Counted from the stretch's first letter, positions 21,728-31,530 are shown. The stretch: 54,574 bases of DNA from Snowella sp. (GCA_035285545.1 JAYKGY010000067.1:1-54574); one strand, 5' to 3'. Made by a program: numbers and translations. Notes: a model not told the origin generated them from the letters alone.

Positions 21728-23668
21728 ATGAGTCAACCGTTGAATTCCGCTTCTCAAACTACCGTTTCCCGTAGAACAGCGTTGAAATTATTAGGAGTGG
21801 GATCTGTTGGCGGAGCCTTGGGATACACTCGTCTAGCTAAACCTAAGCCAGCCACCTATCAGCTTGATAACGTCATTCTTCCCCAACAATTAAGCGAGTC
21901 AAAATCAGTCGTCGTTGTCGGGGCAGGGTTAGCGGGTTTAGCCTGTGCCTATGAATTAAGTCAACGGGGTTTTGCGGTCACACTATTAGAAAAATCCCCC
22001 AACTTAGGCGGAAAAATTGCAGGTTGGACGATCCAAGTTGGTGACGAAAAATTCCAAATGGAACACGGCTTTCATGGCTTTTTTCCCCAATATTACAACC
22101 TCAAAAGTTTAGTTAAAGAATTATCAATTACCAATAACTTTAAATCGCTGAATTTCTATTCCCTCGTCTTTCGAGACAAATATCAACCCGAAGTTTTTCG
22201 TCCTAGCCATTCTGCGTTTCCTTGGAATATTGTTGATTTAGCCATTTCTTCGCCTAATCGTTTACAGTGGGGAATCAATTTAACCCAAGTCTCTCATTTA
22301 CAAGTTTTTCGGGCCATTACAGGCTTTAAAATTCCTAAAAGTTACGATCAACTGGATAGTATTTCCGTCAGTGAATGGGTTTCCAGAGGATTCCCTGCTG
22401 GTTTATACGATCTCTACTTTTTACCCTTTGCCAAATCCAGCCTCAATGCACCTGATGTCTTAAGTGCGGGGGAATTAATGCAGTTTTTCCATTTTTACTT
22501 CTTTGGGAATCCTGAAGGGTTAGCGTTCAACGGCACAAAAGATGACATGGTGACAAGTATCGTTAAACCGATGATTGCAGCCATCGAAGCGAAAGGCGGG
22601 AAAGTGATTACCGAAGCAACGGTGAGTGAAATTCAATGCCAAGACGGGAAAGTAACATCCCTAAGTTATCAACAGGGCGATGTCCAAACAAACGTGCCTT
22701 TTTGGGTAACGGAAAATAATTTAATTAGCACCGAGCAAGATCATTATTACGGGGCAGGCGATCGCGTTTATCTCACTTCAAGCAATCAAAAAGAAGCTTT
22801 ATCCTTAACTTGCACCCATCAAGGTTGCACAGTCGCCAAACAAGCCGATGGAAAATTCCGTTGTCCCTGTCATGGCGCGATGTACGATGAAAACGGCAAA
22901 GTCCTCACAGGCCCAGCTAAACGCAATTTAACCCGTTATAAAGTAGCTAAAACCCAACCCGATCAAGTTCAACTGGTCGCCGCCAATCCTACCCCCAACG
23001 CTAAACCGACTACCCTACAAGCCGATTACTATGTGTTAGCTGCCGATGTTCCCGGAACTCATCAGTTATTTAATTTAATGACGGGTGACGTTGATCCCGT
23101 TTTGCAAGAAAAAGTTGGTAAGTTGGCGATCGCCGATCCCTTTGCCGTTGCACGCTTCTGGTTTGACAAAGATTTTGATTGGGAACACAGTAATTTTGCC
23201 TCCCTTTCAGGTTATGCCTTGACCGACAGTATTACCCTCTACCATCGTATTCAGGAGCAATTTATTGACTGGTCAGCCAGAACAGGCGGGAGTGTGGTGG
23301 AATTGCACGCCTATTGCTACAAAGAAAAAGAGTTTCCTACCCAAGACGCTCTATTAACTACTTTTGAGCAAGAGTTATACGAAATTGTCCCTGAACTAGC
23401 CTCAGCCAAGCTATTACACCGAGAATTGGTTAATCAAAAGAACTTTTCTGGCTATCCCCCCAATAGTTACCAAGACCGCCCCGAAACGGAAACCAGCATG
23501 AGCAATCTCTTGTTTGCAGGCGATTGGGTGAAAATGCCTTTTCCCTGTGGTTTGATGGAACGGGCTGTGAGTAGTGGTTTATTAGCGGCTAATGCGATTT
23601 GTAATAAAGAAGGGCTACAACGTCGGGAGTTATTAACGGTTATGCCTGAAGGAGTTTTACAGATTTAA
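21728..23668 (+). CDS. cruE: FAD-dependent carotenoid desaturase with inserted Rieske domain (CruE/CrtU-like)
   Basis: GAGLAG FAD motif, EHGFHGFF, Rieske CTHQGC..CPCHG, FAGDWV..LMERAVSSG. Confidence 0.75.
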   Translation: MSQPLNSASQTTVSRRTALKLLGVGSVGGALGYTRLAKPKPATYQLDNVILPQQLSESKSVVVVGAGLAGLACAYELSQRGFAVTLLEKSPNLGGKIAGWTIQVGDEKFQMEHGFHGFFPQYYNLKSLVKELSITNNFKSLNFYSLVFRDKYQPEVFRPSHSAFPWNIVDLAISSPNRLQWGINLTQVSHLQVFRAITGFKIPKSYDQLDSISVSEWVSRGFPAGLYDLYFLPFAKSSLNAPDVLSAGELMQFFHFYFFGNPEGLAFNGTKDDMVTSIVKPMIAAIEAKGGKVITEATVSEIQCQDGKVTSLSYQQGDVQTNVPFWVTENNLISTEQDHYYGAGDRVYLTSSNQKEALSLTCTHQGCTVAKQADGKFRCPCHGAMYDENGKVLTGPAKRNLTRYKVAKTQPDQVQLVAANPTPNAKPTTLQADYYVLAADVPGTHQLFNLMTGDVDPVLQEKVGKLAIADPFAVARFWFDKDFDWEHSNFASLSGYALTDSITLYHRIQEQFIDWSARTGGSVVELHAYCYKEKEFPTQDALLTTFEQELYEIVPELASAKLLHRELVNQKNFSGYPPNSYQDRPETETSMSNLLFAGDWVKMPFPCGLMERAVSSGLLAANAICNKEGLQRRELLTVMPEGVLQI

Positions 23669-23677
23669 AAAATCATA

Positions 23678-23923
23678 ATGCCAACCATTTTACGTCTTGG
23701 GCCGTATCGTTTTTATTTCTATAGCCATGAGCCGAATGAACCGCCACACATTCACGTTGATCGAGATAGTTCATCTGCTAAGTTTTGGCTAAACTCTATC
23801 AGTTTGGCGAATAATATTGGTTTTAGTCCCAAAGAACTTCGTAAATTATATATGATGGTTCAAGATCATCAAGAAGCTTTATTGGAGGCTTGGCATGAGT
23901 ATTTTAGCAATCAAGGTAGATGA
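23678..23923 (+). CDS. DUF4160 family protein (putative TA component)
   Basis: YRFYFYSHEPNEPPHIHV, AKFWL. Confidence 0.85.
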   Translation: MPTILRLGPYRFYFYSHEPNEPPHIHVDRDSSSAKFWLNSISLANNIGFSPKELRKLYMMVQDHQEALLEAWHEYFSNQGR

Positions 23924-24161
23924 AAGAGTCAAAGACGTTCATTTTACGGATGAAACAATTAGTGTTGATTTGATGGATGGTCGGACTATTACGGTTCCGT
24001 TGGTTTGGTATCCTCGCTTATTAAATGCAACAACCGAGCAACGTTCTCAATGGGAAGTTTGTGGTGGTGGTTTTGGAATTCATTGGGAGGAAATTGATGA
24101 GGATTTGAGTACGGAAGGATTGTTAAGAGGTGCGCCTGCTCCATCTTCACAGTTTCAATAA
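23895..24161 (+). CDS. DUF2442 family protein (partner of DUF4160)
   Basis: DGRTITVPLVWYPRL, GIHWEEIDEDLS. Confidence 0.85.
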   Translation: MSILAIKVDERVKDVHFTDETISVDLMDGRTITVPLVWYPRLLNATTEQRSQWEVCGGGFGIHWEEIDEDLSTEGLLRGAPAPSSQFQ

Positions 24162-24240
24162 ATTAATTTTTTAAACATTTACAAGCGATAAAATAGACTC
24201 ATTTACAGACGATTAAGCTGTTTTAGAGAAGGTTTTTAAA

Positions 24241-24465
24241 ATGTCAGAGCTATTAGAAAGAATCACGATTAATCCAAAACAATGTGGGGGTCGTCCCTGT
24301 ATTCGCGGAATGAGAATTCGAGTATCTGACGTGTTAGATTTATTTGCGGCGGGATTAAGTGCGGATGAAATTTTGACAGAAATGCCCGACCTTGAAGCCG
24401 ATGATCTTAAAGCGGCTCTTTCCTATGCGTCACGTAAACTTAATCACCCTGTATTGGTAGCATGA
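24241..24465 (+). CDS. DUF433 family antitoxin
   Basis: RITINPKQCGGRPCIRGMRIRV. Confidence 0.9.
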   Translation: MSELLERITINPKQCGGRPCIRGMRIRVSDVLDLFAAGLSADEILTEMPDLEADDLKAALSYASRKLNHPVLVA

Positions 24466-24797
24466 CCATTTGGATCGATGCCCATTTATCCCCCGCGATC
24501 GCAACTTGGATTACGATGACTTTTGGTATAACAGCGATCGCATTGCGTGACCTCGGTTTAAGGGATGCGGAAGATCCTGAAATTTTTGAAAAAGCCAAAG
24601 CTCAAGGTGCTATTTTGATGACTAAAGATAGCGATTTTGTTGATCTTGTAGATCGTCTAGGATCGCCACCGCAAATTATTTGGTTAACTTGTGGAAATAC
24701 TTCAAATGCTGAATTGCGAAGAATTCTAAGTTTAACTTTACTAGACGCATTAGCACAGTTAAATGCTGGTGAGAAGTTAGTAGAAATTACTGGATAA
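24462..24797 (+). CDS. DUF5615 PIN-like toxin (VapC45-like)
   Basis: WIDAHLSP, DAEDPEIF, TKDSDF, WLTCGN; overlaps the DUF433 stop. Confidence 0.85.
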   Translation: MTIWIDAHLSPAIATWITMTFGITAIALRDLGLRDAEDPEIFEKAKAQGAILMTKDSDFVDLVDRLGSPPQIIWLTCGNTSNAELRRILSLTLLDALAQLNAGEKLVEITG

Positions 24798-24828
24798 TAT
24801 TCCATAGTAAATATCTTAAGGTAAGTTT

Positions 24829-25302
24829 ATGAATCTTGATGATGCCCGTAATTTAGCTATTATTTTTGGAACTATAGTTGCTACTGTAACTCTCGTAAAA
24901 GGACTTTTTGAGTATATGGGCCAAAATGCCCAAAAACGAGCAGAATGTTATATTGAAATGCGAGAAAAATTCAAAGAAAATGACCGTTTTCAGAAAATGT
25001 TTGAATTACTAGAAAACGATGATCCAGAATTAGCTAATCTTTCCTATGATAAAAAAATGGATTTTTTGGGATTTTATGAAGATATTGCATTAATGATAAA
25101 TTCTAATCTTTTGAAGAAACCAATTGCCCATTATATGTTTGCTTATTATGCAATAAAATGTTGGAATAGTAAGTATTTTTGGAGTGATATTAATCGAGAT
25201 TCTGCTTACTGGTCACTTTTTCAAGACTTTGTTAGCCAGATGAAAAAAATGGAAAAGTCCTTAATAGGCAAGCCTAATTCTATAAAACGATATAAAATTT
25301 AA
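24829..25302 (+). CDS. AT-rich hypothetical protein with N-terminal TM helix
   Basis: 157-aa ORF; FYEDIALMIN segment; low GC. Confidence 0.65.
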   Translation: MNLDDARNLAIIFGTIVATVTLVKGLFEYMGQNAQKRAECYIEMREKFKENDRFQKMFELLENDDPELANLSYDKKMDFLGFYEDIALMINSNLLKKPIAHYMFAYYAIKCWNSKYFWSDINRDSAYWSLFQDFVSQMKKMEKSLIGKPNSIKRYKI

Positions 25303-25441
25303 AAATCTTTGATGTAGTAACAGAAAATGTGATCGCGAGTTTTATAATGAGATTAAACTGATAAGATGCGATCAATTTTTTAATTGAAAGACTATAATTT
25401 TGAAGATAAGCTATTTAGTATTTTACTTGGCAAAAAATATT

Positions 25442-25642
25442 ATGAAAACGCCAACCAAAAATCCAGGAATTATTATGCGTGATGGAAAACCTGTCGCAGT
25501 TATTCTTGACATTGATATTTATGAAGAAATGTTAGAACAAATTGAAAGCATAGAAGACCTCGAATATTTAAAAGAAGTCCGTCAACAGCCTCTTGAATTT
25601 CGTTCTCTTGATGATTTTTTAAAACGAGAAAGCGATTGTTAA
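25442..25642 (+). CDS. Phd/YefM-like antitoxin, no cognate toxin seen
   Basis: IMRDGKPVAVILDIDIYEEMLE. Confidence 0.7.
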   Translation: MKTPTKNPGIIMRDGKPVAVILDIDIYEEMLEQIESIEDLEYLKEVRQQPLEFRSLDDFLKRESDC

Positions 25643-25883
25643 ATTGTCCTCAGCGATCGCGAATTTTATAACTTGACGATCTCAAAATATTATCGGAGAC
25701 GGAGATTTGGGCTACGCTTACATTTTTTACCTGGCATCATCAATTTCGAGATACAACTCGTTTCTTGAATTTATGCAAGAGGTCTAAATGTTATCTTTTT
25801 GATTTGGAACGTATTGATCAGATAATCTATCAATGACTATACCGACCCCAAACATTCCTTTTTGGCTTAACCATTGAATCGCT

Positions 25884-27002
25884 ATGGCAACAAACCTTGA
25901 GACTTTTGAGCGCGATCGCTTACTGAGCATTGCAGAACACTTTTCCCATCAGGGCAACATCACAGGCATTAAACCCTTGGGAAATGGCAATATTAACGAT
26001 ACATTTCTCGTCAGTCTCGATGATTTAGAACAAACCCGCTTTGTCTTGCAACGCATTAATACCAAGGTGTTTCAGCATCCTGAACGGGTAATGCAAAATA
26101 TGTACACCTTTACCGAACACGTCCACGCCAAACTGCAAGATCATCCATTAAATCGTCGTTGGGAAGTCCCCAGGGTGATTTTAACCAAAGCAGGGCAGGA
26201 TCACTGGAATACGGGGGATGGGTCTTACTGGCGAGCTATTAGCTTTATTGAAGGGTCTGAATGCTTTGATATTATTACCGATGCGGGTCATGCCGAAGAA
26301 GTGGGTTATGCCTTGGGAATGTTTCATAGCCTGATCAGTGATTTGGAACCCAATCAATTAACGGATACATTGGAAGGCTTTCATATTACCCCAGGTTATT
26401 TACAGCACTATGAAACGGTGTTAGCCCAAACCTCGGTTGAGTCATCCCCGGAAGTTGAGTATGGTTTAAACTTTGTCCGCGATCGCGCTGTTTGGTGTTC
26501 GGTGTTAGAAGAGGCTAAAGCTCAAGGCAAATTACCCTTACGGTTAATGCACGGTGATCCCAAAGTGAATAATGTCATGTTTGATTGTGCGACGGGGAAA
26601 GCCGTGAGTGTGATTGATCTCGATACGGTAAAACCTGGTCTGGTTCACTACGACATTGGCGACTGTCTGCGATCGGGCTGTAATCCAATGGGAGAAGAGA
26701 CGGCAGATTGGCAGTCTGTTTATTTTGATGTGGAACTGTGCCGAGGCATTTTAAGCGGTTATCTCTCTGTTGCTCAAGCTTTTTTAACGGATAATGACTA
26801 TGCCTATCTGTTTGATGCCATGCGGCTGATTAGTTTTGAATTAGGCTTACGCTTTTTTACCGATCATTTAGCGGGAGATGTGTATTTTAAGGTGAAATAT
26901 CCGGGACACAATCTTGCCAGAGCCTTAGTGCAATTTAAACTAACCGAAAGTATTGAAGCCCAAGAAACGACCATTCGCCAATTAATTGACAATTTACGAT
27001 GA
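25884..27002 (+). CDS. Aminoglycoside-phosphotransferase-fold kinase (N-acetylhexosamine kinase-like)
   Basis: GNGNINDT, VLQRIN, HGDPKVNN, IDLDT. Confidence 0.85.
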   Translation: MATNLETFERDRLLSIAEHFSHQGNITGIKPLGNGNINDTFLVSLDDLEQTRFVLQRINTKVFQHPERVMQNMYTFTEHVHAKLQDHPLNRRWEVPRVILTKAGQDHWNTGDGSYWRAISFIEGSECFDIITDAGHAEEVGYALGMFHSLISDLEPNQLTDTLEGFHITPGYLQHYETVLAQTSVESSPEVEYGLNFVRDRAVWCSVLEEAKAQGKLPLRLMHGDPKVNNVMFDCATGKAVSVIDLDTVKPGLVHYDIGDCLRSGCNPMGEETADWQSVYFDVELCRGILSGYLSVAQAFLTDNDYAYLFDAMRLISFELGLRFFTDHLAGDVYFKVKYPGHNLARALVQFKLTESIEAQETTIRQLIDNLR

Positions 27003-27535
27003 CCCATTTTTCTCTGATTCCGTTTCCTGACAATTCACCCCACCCTGATATTCAAATTCAAGGTGAGATTGAACGAGTTAACCAACAATTACAGATTACC
27101 TTTAACCTGACAGGAGAACTCGAAAAAGTCGCGATCGCGTCCCCTGTTGACGTTCCTACTCGATTGGATGAACTCTGGCAGACCACTTGTTTTGAGTTTT
27201 TTTTAGGCTTATCTGGGAGTTCCCGCTATTGGGAATTTAATCTGTCTCCTGCGGGCCATTGGAATATTTATCGATTTGATAACTATCGCCAAGGAATGAC
27301 AACAGAAACAGCTTATCAAGCCTTACCCTTTGTGGTTCAGCATCAATCTGATTGTTTTGGATTAATCTTAACACTCGATTTAAATCCAATCATTACCCCA
27401 GAACAAGAATTAAATGTGGGTATTACAACCGTTATTGAAAGTAAAAATCAAACAATCACCTATTGGGCTTTAACCCACGCAGCCAAAGAAGCGGACTTTC
27501 ATCAACGCGCTAGTTTTACCATTCACTTAGCTTAA
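26999..27535 (+). CDS. DOMON-like domain protein
   Basis: LWQTTCFEFF, YWEFNLSP, YWAL..DFH; ATGA overlap with the kinase. Confidence 0.8.
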   Translation: MTHFSLIPFPDNSPHPDIQIQGEIERVNQQLQITFNLTGELEKVAIASPVDVPTRLDELWQTTCFEFFLGLSGSSRYWEFNLSPAGHWNIYRFDNYRQGMTTETAYQALPFVVQHQSDCFGLILTLDLNPIITPEQELNVGITTVIESKNQTITYWALTHAAKEADFHQRASFTIHLA

Positions 27536-27566
27536 GGCTCATTGAGTTTAAAAAACTTGATTGAAC

Positions 27567-28124
27567 TCAATTCATTGAGGTCATTGCAGCTACGATTGTC
27601 CAAGCATCAATCAGCCCTAAAAACACGGTAAAAATAAACAAAATAAGATACATCCAAGGTTGAGACAAAGGACGCACATCGCTGGTATCAATTCCTGTTT
27701 TAGTCTGAATAATATCCACTAAACGAGCAAAACCTGCAATTCTCATCGGCAATAAATAGGCTCTATCTTCCGCTTGAGTGGTTAAGTAATAAACCAGACC
27801 CCCTTGCCCTGTGGTTCGCATTTTTAAGTCTTTAATTTCTGTCCAAGCTAATGACCAACCTTTACGAAATTGACTTGGCACCCAACGGGGATAACCCAGC
27901 GCAATTTTTGTATCATCAACGATTACCTGTTCACTCAACACCGCAATTAAAAGGATCAGTCCAAGGGAGATACCTAGCCATAATAATTGAGGAGAAATGG
28001 GCGTTTGGGTGAATTTTGCTAAAAAGGGTAGTGGTATGGTGAGGGTTAAATATAAGCTGATCAGGGTGATTTTAATGAGGGGAGAAAGGCGAAATTGCAT
28101 GAGATTGGGTGTAATTTGAATCAT
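27567..28124 (-). CDS. Conserved cyanobacterial membrane protein
   Basis: FRLSPLIK..YLTLTIPLP, TGQGGLVYY, PLSQPWMY. Confidence 0.7.
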   Translation of the reverse strand: MIQITPNLMQFRLSPLIKITLISLYLTLTIPLPFLAKFTQTPISPQLLWLGISLGLILLIAVLSEQVIVDDTKIALGYPRWVPSQFRKGWSLAWTEIKDLKMRTTGQGGLVYYLTTQAEDRAYLLPMRIAGFARLVDIIQTKTGIDTSDVRPLSQPWMYLILFIFTVFLGLIDAWTIVAAMTSMN

Positions 28125-28478
28125 AGTTTGAGTTAATCCAAAGCGTTTAAGTCGGTTAATTTAATCGCAAACCAAATAAGTTCTCCTGTTCAAAGAATAA
28201 TGGTATTATGCCTCTACCAAAATTGTTCCCGATTTTCTCTGTAGGGATTTAACAGGGCTAAATCGGTTGCCGTTCTAATCTTTACAAATAGTTGGTTGGG
28301 ATTGATAAATTGTCTTGTGAGCTTGATCACATTACCTAATAGATCTGCGTCACAATTAACTGGCTATTCAGATCACAGTTTTGGTTAAAAAATATCACCA
28401 TTACCCTATAACTCAAATCACGTAAGGCTTTGATGAAAGCTCCTATGCTACAGACATATAGAGTTATGGTTATATTTT

Positions 28479-30428
28479 ATGAATCCTCGCTTTCAGTTTC
28501 AATTAATTCGTTATTTAAATCGCTATCCCCATCGTTCTCATCAAGGTTTTGTGTTGCCAATGGCAATGATGATAGGATTAGTCGTCATTGTGGTTGGAAT
28601 GACTGTAATTATTCGGGCACAAGGCGACCAATCTAAAGGTGTTTCTCAAGCAATGACTGCAAAAGCAGATGCCATAGCAGAAGCAGGAGTAACTCAATAT
28701 GTAAATTTCTTAAATAATAATCGTGGTTTATTAACTTTTCCTGACTGTGATGGAACTAGAGATAGTTCAGGAGCTTGCCCTGATACAGGAACTACAATAA
28801 AAAGCTGGTCTTTAGTTTCTAATATTTATCCTTCTCCTGCTGGAGCAACTTGTAATAGTCCAGTAGCAAGTAGTGGTGTTCCTAGTACAGCAACAATGGC
28901 AACAATGGCCAACACAAGTGATAGTAATGGCTGGAAAACTATTGGAGATGGTAAATATAAGTTAGTAGGCTACAAATATACTCCTGATGGGGCAGCAAAT
29001 ACGGCACCAGGAACGGCAATATTAGCACTTCAAGGACAAGCAGGAGACTCCAACAGCGCATCAGCGGCAAAATCTCAGGTTGCTGTTCAATTTCGGGTAA
29101 CTGCCAATACCACGGGAACTCCCCTAATTCCTCAAACTAATCCAGGTTTATGGGCAAGAAGCTTTTCCACTGCTGCTGATGTTCATGCAAATGTTTTAGA
29201 TAGTTCTGGTTGTACGGGTAGCACTCAATTTAATGCCACAATAGGCAATCTACCTTCTCTTCCTATTGGTGCCTTACCCAATGGCAATAATACACCTCCT
29301 TTATCAAGTACAGCAGGAACCCTAACTCGACAAAATATTCCTTTTCCTCCTCTGCCTACTTATCCTTCTGATAGCCAATTTACGACTTTAATTGCGGGCA
29401 ATAAAGTGAATAGTCTTGCTAACTGTTCACGAACTCAATATCCGCAAACTGGCGATTATGATTCTGATGGTAACGCTTATAGTTCATCGACTACTACCCC
29501 CAAAATTTATAAATATCGTATAACAGGAGCCTGTGCTCCTCCCAATAATGTTCAATTTGGCACAACAGGGAAAGGCAATGAAACTATTATTATGTATATT
29601 GATAGTACCCTAGATATTGCAAATAACGCCAAAATTAGCACGAATGGAAGCAGTAATGCTAAAGTTCAATGGCTTTTAAAAACTGCGGACTTAGATCTAG
29701 GCGGCAATGCTCAAGTTGGCTCTAGTGCTCCTGATGCTTCTACAGCGGAAAGTTGGGCTTTTTTCTTATACAGTGGAACTTCGGTTAGTATGAGAGGTAC
29801 ACCTGATTATTACGCTTTTATTTTTGCTCCCTATGCAAATGCTGATATGCGAGGTAATCCCAAGATAGCAGGAGCTTTGTGGGTTAATAGTTTTCAAACA
29901 AATGGCGCACCCCCTAAAATTTTTCAGGCAACTACTCAAGCAGATCTCAATGAAATTTTTACGGCTGCTTATACTGCGTCTGGCGATACTGCTTTAATTC
30001 CAGCTAATGCGATGGCTAGCATCTCTAGCTTTCAAAAACAAGGGGTAGGAACATCGGTTGTCGCTGTTGCTGCTCCTAGCGTGTCTCCTTCAGCTAGCCC
30101 AACTACTAGCCCAACTCCATCCCCTTCAGCTAGCCCCACCACCTCTCCCTCTCCCTCTCCCTCTCCAGTTTGTAGTGTTACTGCACCTTCTAGCGTAGTT
30201 TTTACAAGAAATGGTGGTTCAGGTACAGTTAGTGTCTCTTATGCCAACGCTAACAACTTGACTATCTCGGCAACTGTTAGTGGTGGGACTATTTCACCTG
30301 CATCGCGGACTGGACTCTCTGGTAGTGGAGCAACCACCTTTACAGTCAGCTATTCCAACGGTTCTGGAAGTGGAAGTGTTACATTCTCCTCTAGCTGTGG
30401 TTCACGAACCACTTCATTCACCAAATAG
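28479..30428 (+). CDS. PilX-like minor pilin/surface protein with Ser/Pro/Thr-rich linker
   Basis: HQG|FVLPMAMMIGLVVIVVG prepilin-like leader without E5, AEAGV motif, FIFAP..IAGALWV, SP repeats. Confidence 0.7.
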   Translation: MNPRFQFQLIRYLNRYPHRSHQGFVLPMAMMIGLVVIVVGMTVIIRAQGDQSKGVSQAMTAKADAIAEAGVTQYVNFLNNNRGLLTFPDCDGTRDSSGACPDTGTTIKSWSLVSNIYPSPAGATCNSPVASSGVPSTATMATMANTSDSNGWKTIGDGKYKLVGYKYTPDGAANTAPGTAILALQGQAGDSNSASAAKSQVAVQFRVTANTTGTPLIPQTNPGLWARSFSTAADVHANVLDSSGCTGSTQFNATIGNLPSLPIGALPNGNNTPPLSSTAGTLTRQNIPFPPLPTYPSDSQFTTLIAGNKVNSLANCSRTQYPQTGDYDSDGNAYSSSTTTPKIYKYRITGACAPPNNVQFGTTGKGNETIIMYIDSTLDIANNAKISTNGSSNAKVQWLLKTADLDLGGNAQVGSSAPDASTAESWAFFLYSGTSVSMRGTPDYYAFIFAPYANADMRGNPKIAGALWVNSFQTNGAPPKIFQATTQADLNEIFTAAYTASGDTALIPANAMASISSFQKQGVGTSVVAVAAPSVSPSASPTTSPTPSPSASPTTSPSPSPSPVCSVTAPSSVVFTRNGGSGTVSVSYANANNLTISATVSGGTISPASRTGLSGSGATTFTVSYSNGSGSGSVTFSSSCGSRTTSFTK

Positions 30429-30559
30429 TAGTAGCTTGTAGGGTTGCATCCCGCGCACAACCAAATCCCTAACCTTTCCCTAAATAACTTTAATCATTAA
30501 CTCTATTGGCAGACTTCGGTTTGCCTGTTTTATTACCCTTTTTTCCCCCATGCTAAAAT
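30429..30559 (+). repeat. Cassette-separating repeat, copy 1
   Basis: TAGTAGCTTGTAGGGTTGCATCCC...ATTGGCAGACTTCGGTTTGCCTGTTTTATTACCCTTTTTTCCCCCATGCTAAAAT. Confidence 0.9.
30508..30533 (+). terminator. Intrinsic terminator inside repeat 1
   Basis: GGCAGAC-TTCG-GTTTGCC then TGTTTTAT. Confidence 0.7.
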
Positions 30560-30595
30560 CAAACTAGAACTTCATAAAGCAAAAGAAAAAACTTA

Positions 30596-30865
30596 ATGCC
30601 TGCAATATCAATGTTTTATGGGGTTATTGTTTATATGTACTTCATGGACAATCAGCAACATCAAATGCCTCATATTCATGAAAAATACCAAGACAATGAA
30701 GTTATTGTTGCCATCCCGAATGGTGAAATCCTTGAAGGATCAATTCCCAATTCTAAAATGAAACTACTTCAAGCTTGGATTGAGTTACACAAAGATGAAC
30801 TAATCGCTAATTGGTAACTAGCAGTATCAGGACAGCTACCCTATAAAATTGAACCATTGAGATAA
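30596..30865 (+). pseudogene. DUF4160 family gene with in-frame premature stop
   Basis: MPAISMFYG..PHIH..IANW-TAA(30815-17)-LAVSGQLPYKIEPLR-TAA; the family-like C-terminus continues past the stop. Confidence 0.75.
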
Positions 30866-30868
30866 ACA

Positions 30869-31144
30869 ATGAATCCAAGAATTAAAAAAGTCCAACCTTT
30901 ACCCAATTATTGTCTGCAATTAACTTTCACAAATGAAGAACAGGGAGTATACGATTGCTCTCCATTACTCGATTTTGGCATATTTCAAGAATTTAAAAAT
31001 AATAATTACTTTGAACAAGTCCAAGTATTAGACGGGACAGTTGTTTGGCCTCATGGACAAGATATCTGTCCTGATACCCTTTACTTGATGAGCAAGAAAA
31101 ATTCATTAATACCTACCGAAAAGAAAAAAATTGTATTATTTTAG
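30869..31144 (+). CDS. DUF2442 family protein
   Basis: VQPLPNYCLQLTF, GTVVWPHGQDICPDTLY. Confidence 0.85.
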   Translation: MNPRIKKVQPLPNYCLQLTFTNEEQGVYDCSPLLDFGIFQEFKNNNYFEQVQVLDGTVVWPHGQDICPDTLYLMSKKNSLIPTEKKKIVLF

Positions 31145-31271
31145 TAGCTTGTAGGGTGCATCCCACGCACCACCAAAACTAATGCTTCTTCCTAAAAATT
31201 CTAATACTTAAACCTCGATTGGCAGACTTCGGTTTGCCTGTTTTATTACCCTTTTTTCCCCATGCTAAAAT
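31142..31271 (+). repeat. Cassette-separating repeat, copy 2
   Basis: TAGTAGCTTGTAGGGTGCATCCC...; the last ~55 nt match copy 1 except for one C. Confidence 0.9.
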
Positions 31272-31311
31272 ATTGAACAATACCTATTTCTTATTTTCAA
31301 GAGGAATAACC

Positions 31312-31530
31312 ATGACAACTATCACCCTAGAAGTAGATACCGATGTAGCTAAAATTTATCAAGATTTTACTCCCCAACGTCAACAGCAAATTCAATTATT
31401 ATTTAACCTGATCCTCAAACGCACCCTAGAAGAAGATACCCTCGAAAATATTGTTACCGATATTCGGAAACAAGCAAAAACAAACGGGCTAACTCCAGAA
31501 ATTTTAGAAAAACTTCTAGAAAATGACTAG
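31312..31530 (+). CDS. Putative antitoxin
   Basis: GAGG RBS, MTTITLEVD...NGLTPEILEKLL; overlaps the PIN gene. Confidence 0.75.
   Translation: MTTITLEVDTDVAKIYQDFTPQRQQQIQLLFNLILKRTLEEDTLENIVTDIRKQAKTNGLTPEILEKLLEND

Noticed and set aside
25771..25786. TTATGCAAGAGGTCTA, resembling a cyanobacterial MITE terminal repeat
   Set aside because: No matching opposite end found nearby; recognition from memory only
28241..28275. Possible fifth repeat copy upstream of the pilX-like gene (GTAGGGA..GGCTAAATCGGTTGCC)
   Set aside because: Similarity too weak and the spacing does not match the other copies
31219..31311. TTG-start extension of the antitoxin ORF
   Set aside because: It merely reads through repeat copy 2; ATG 31312 has an RBS
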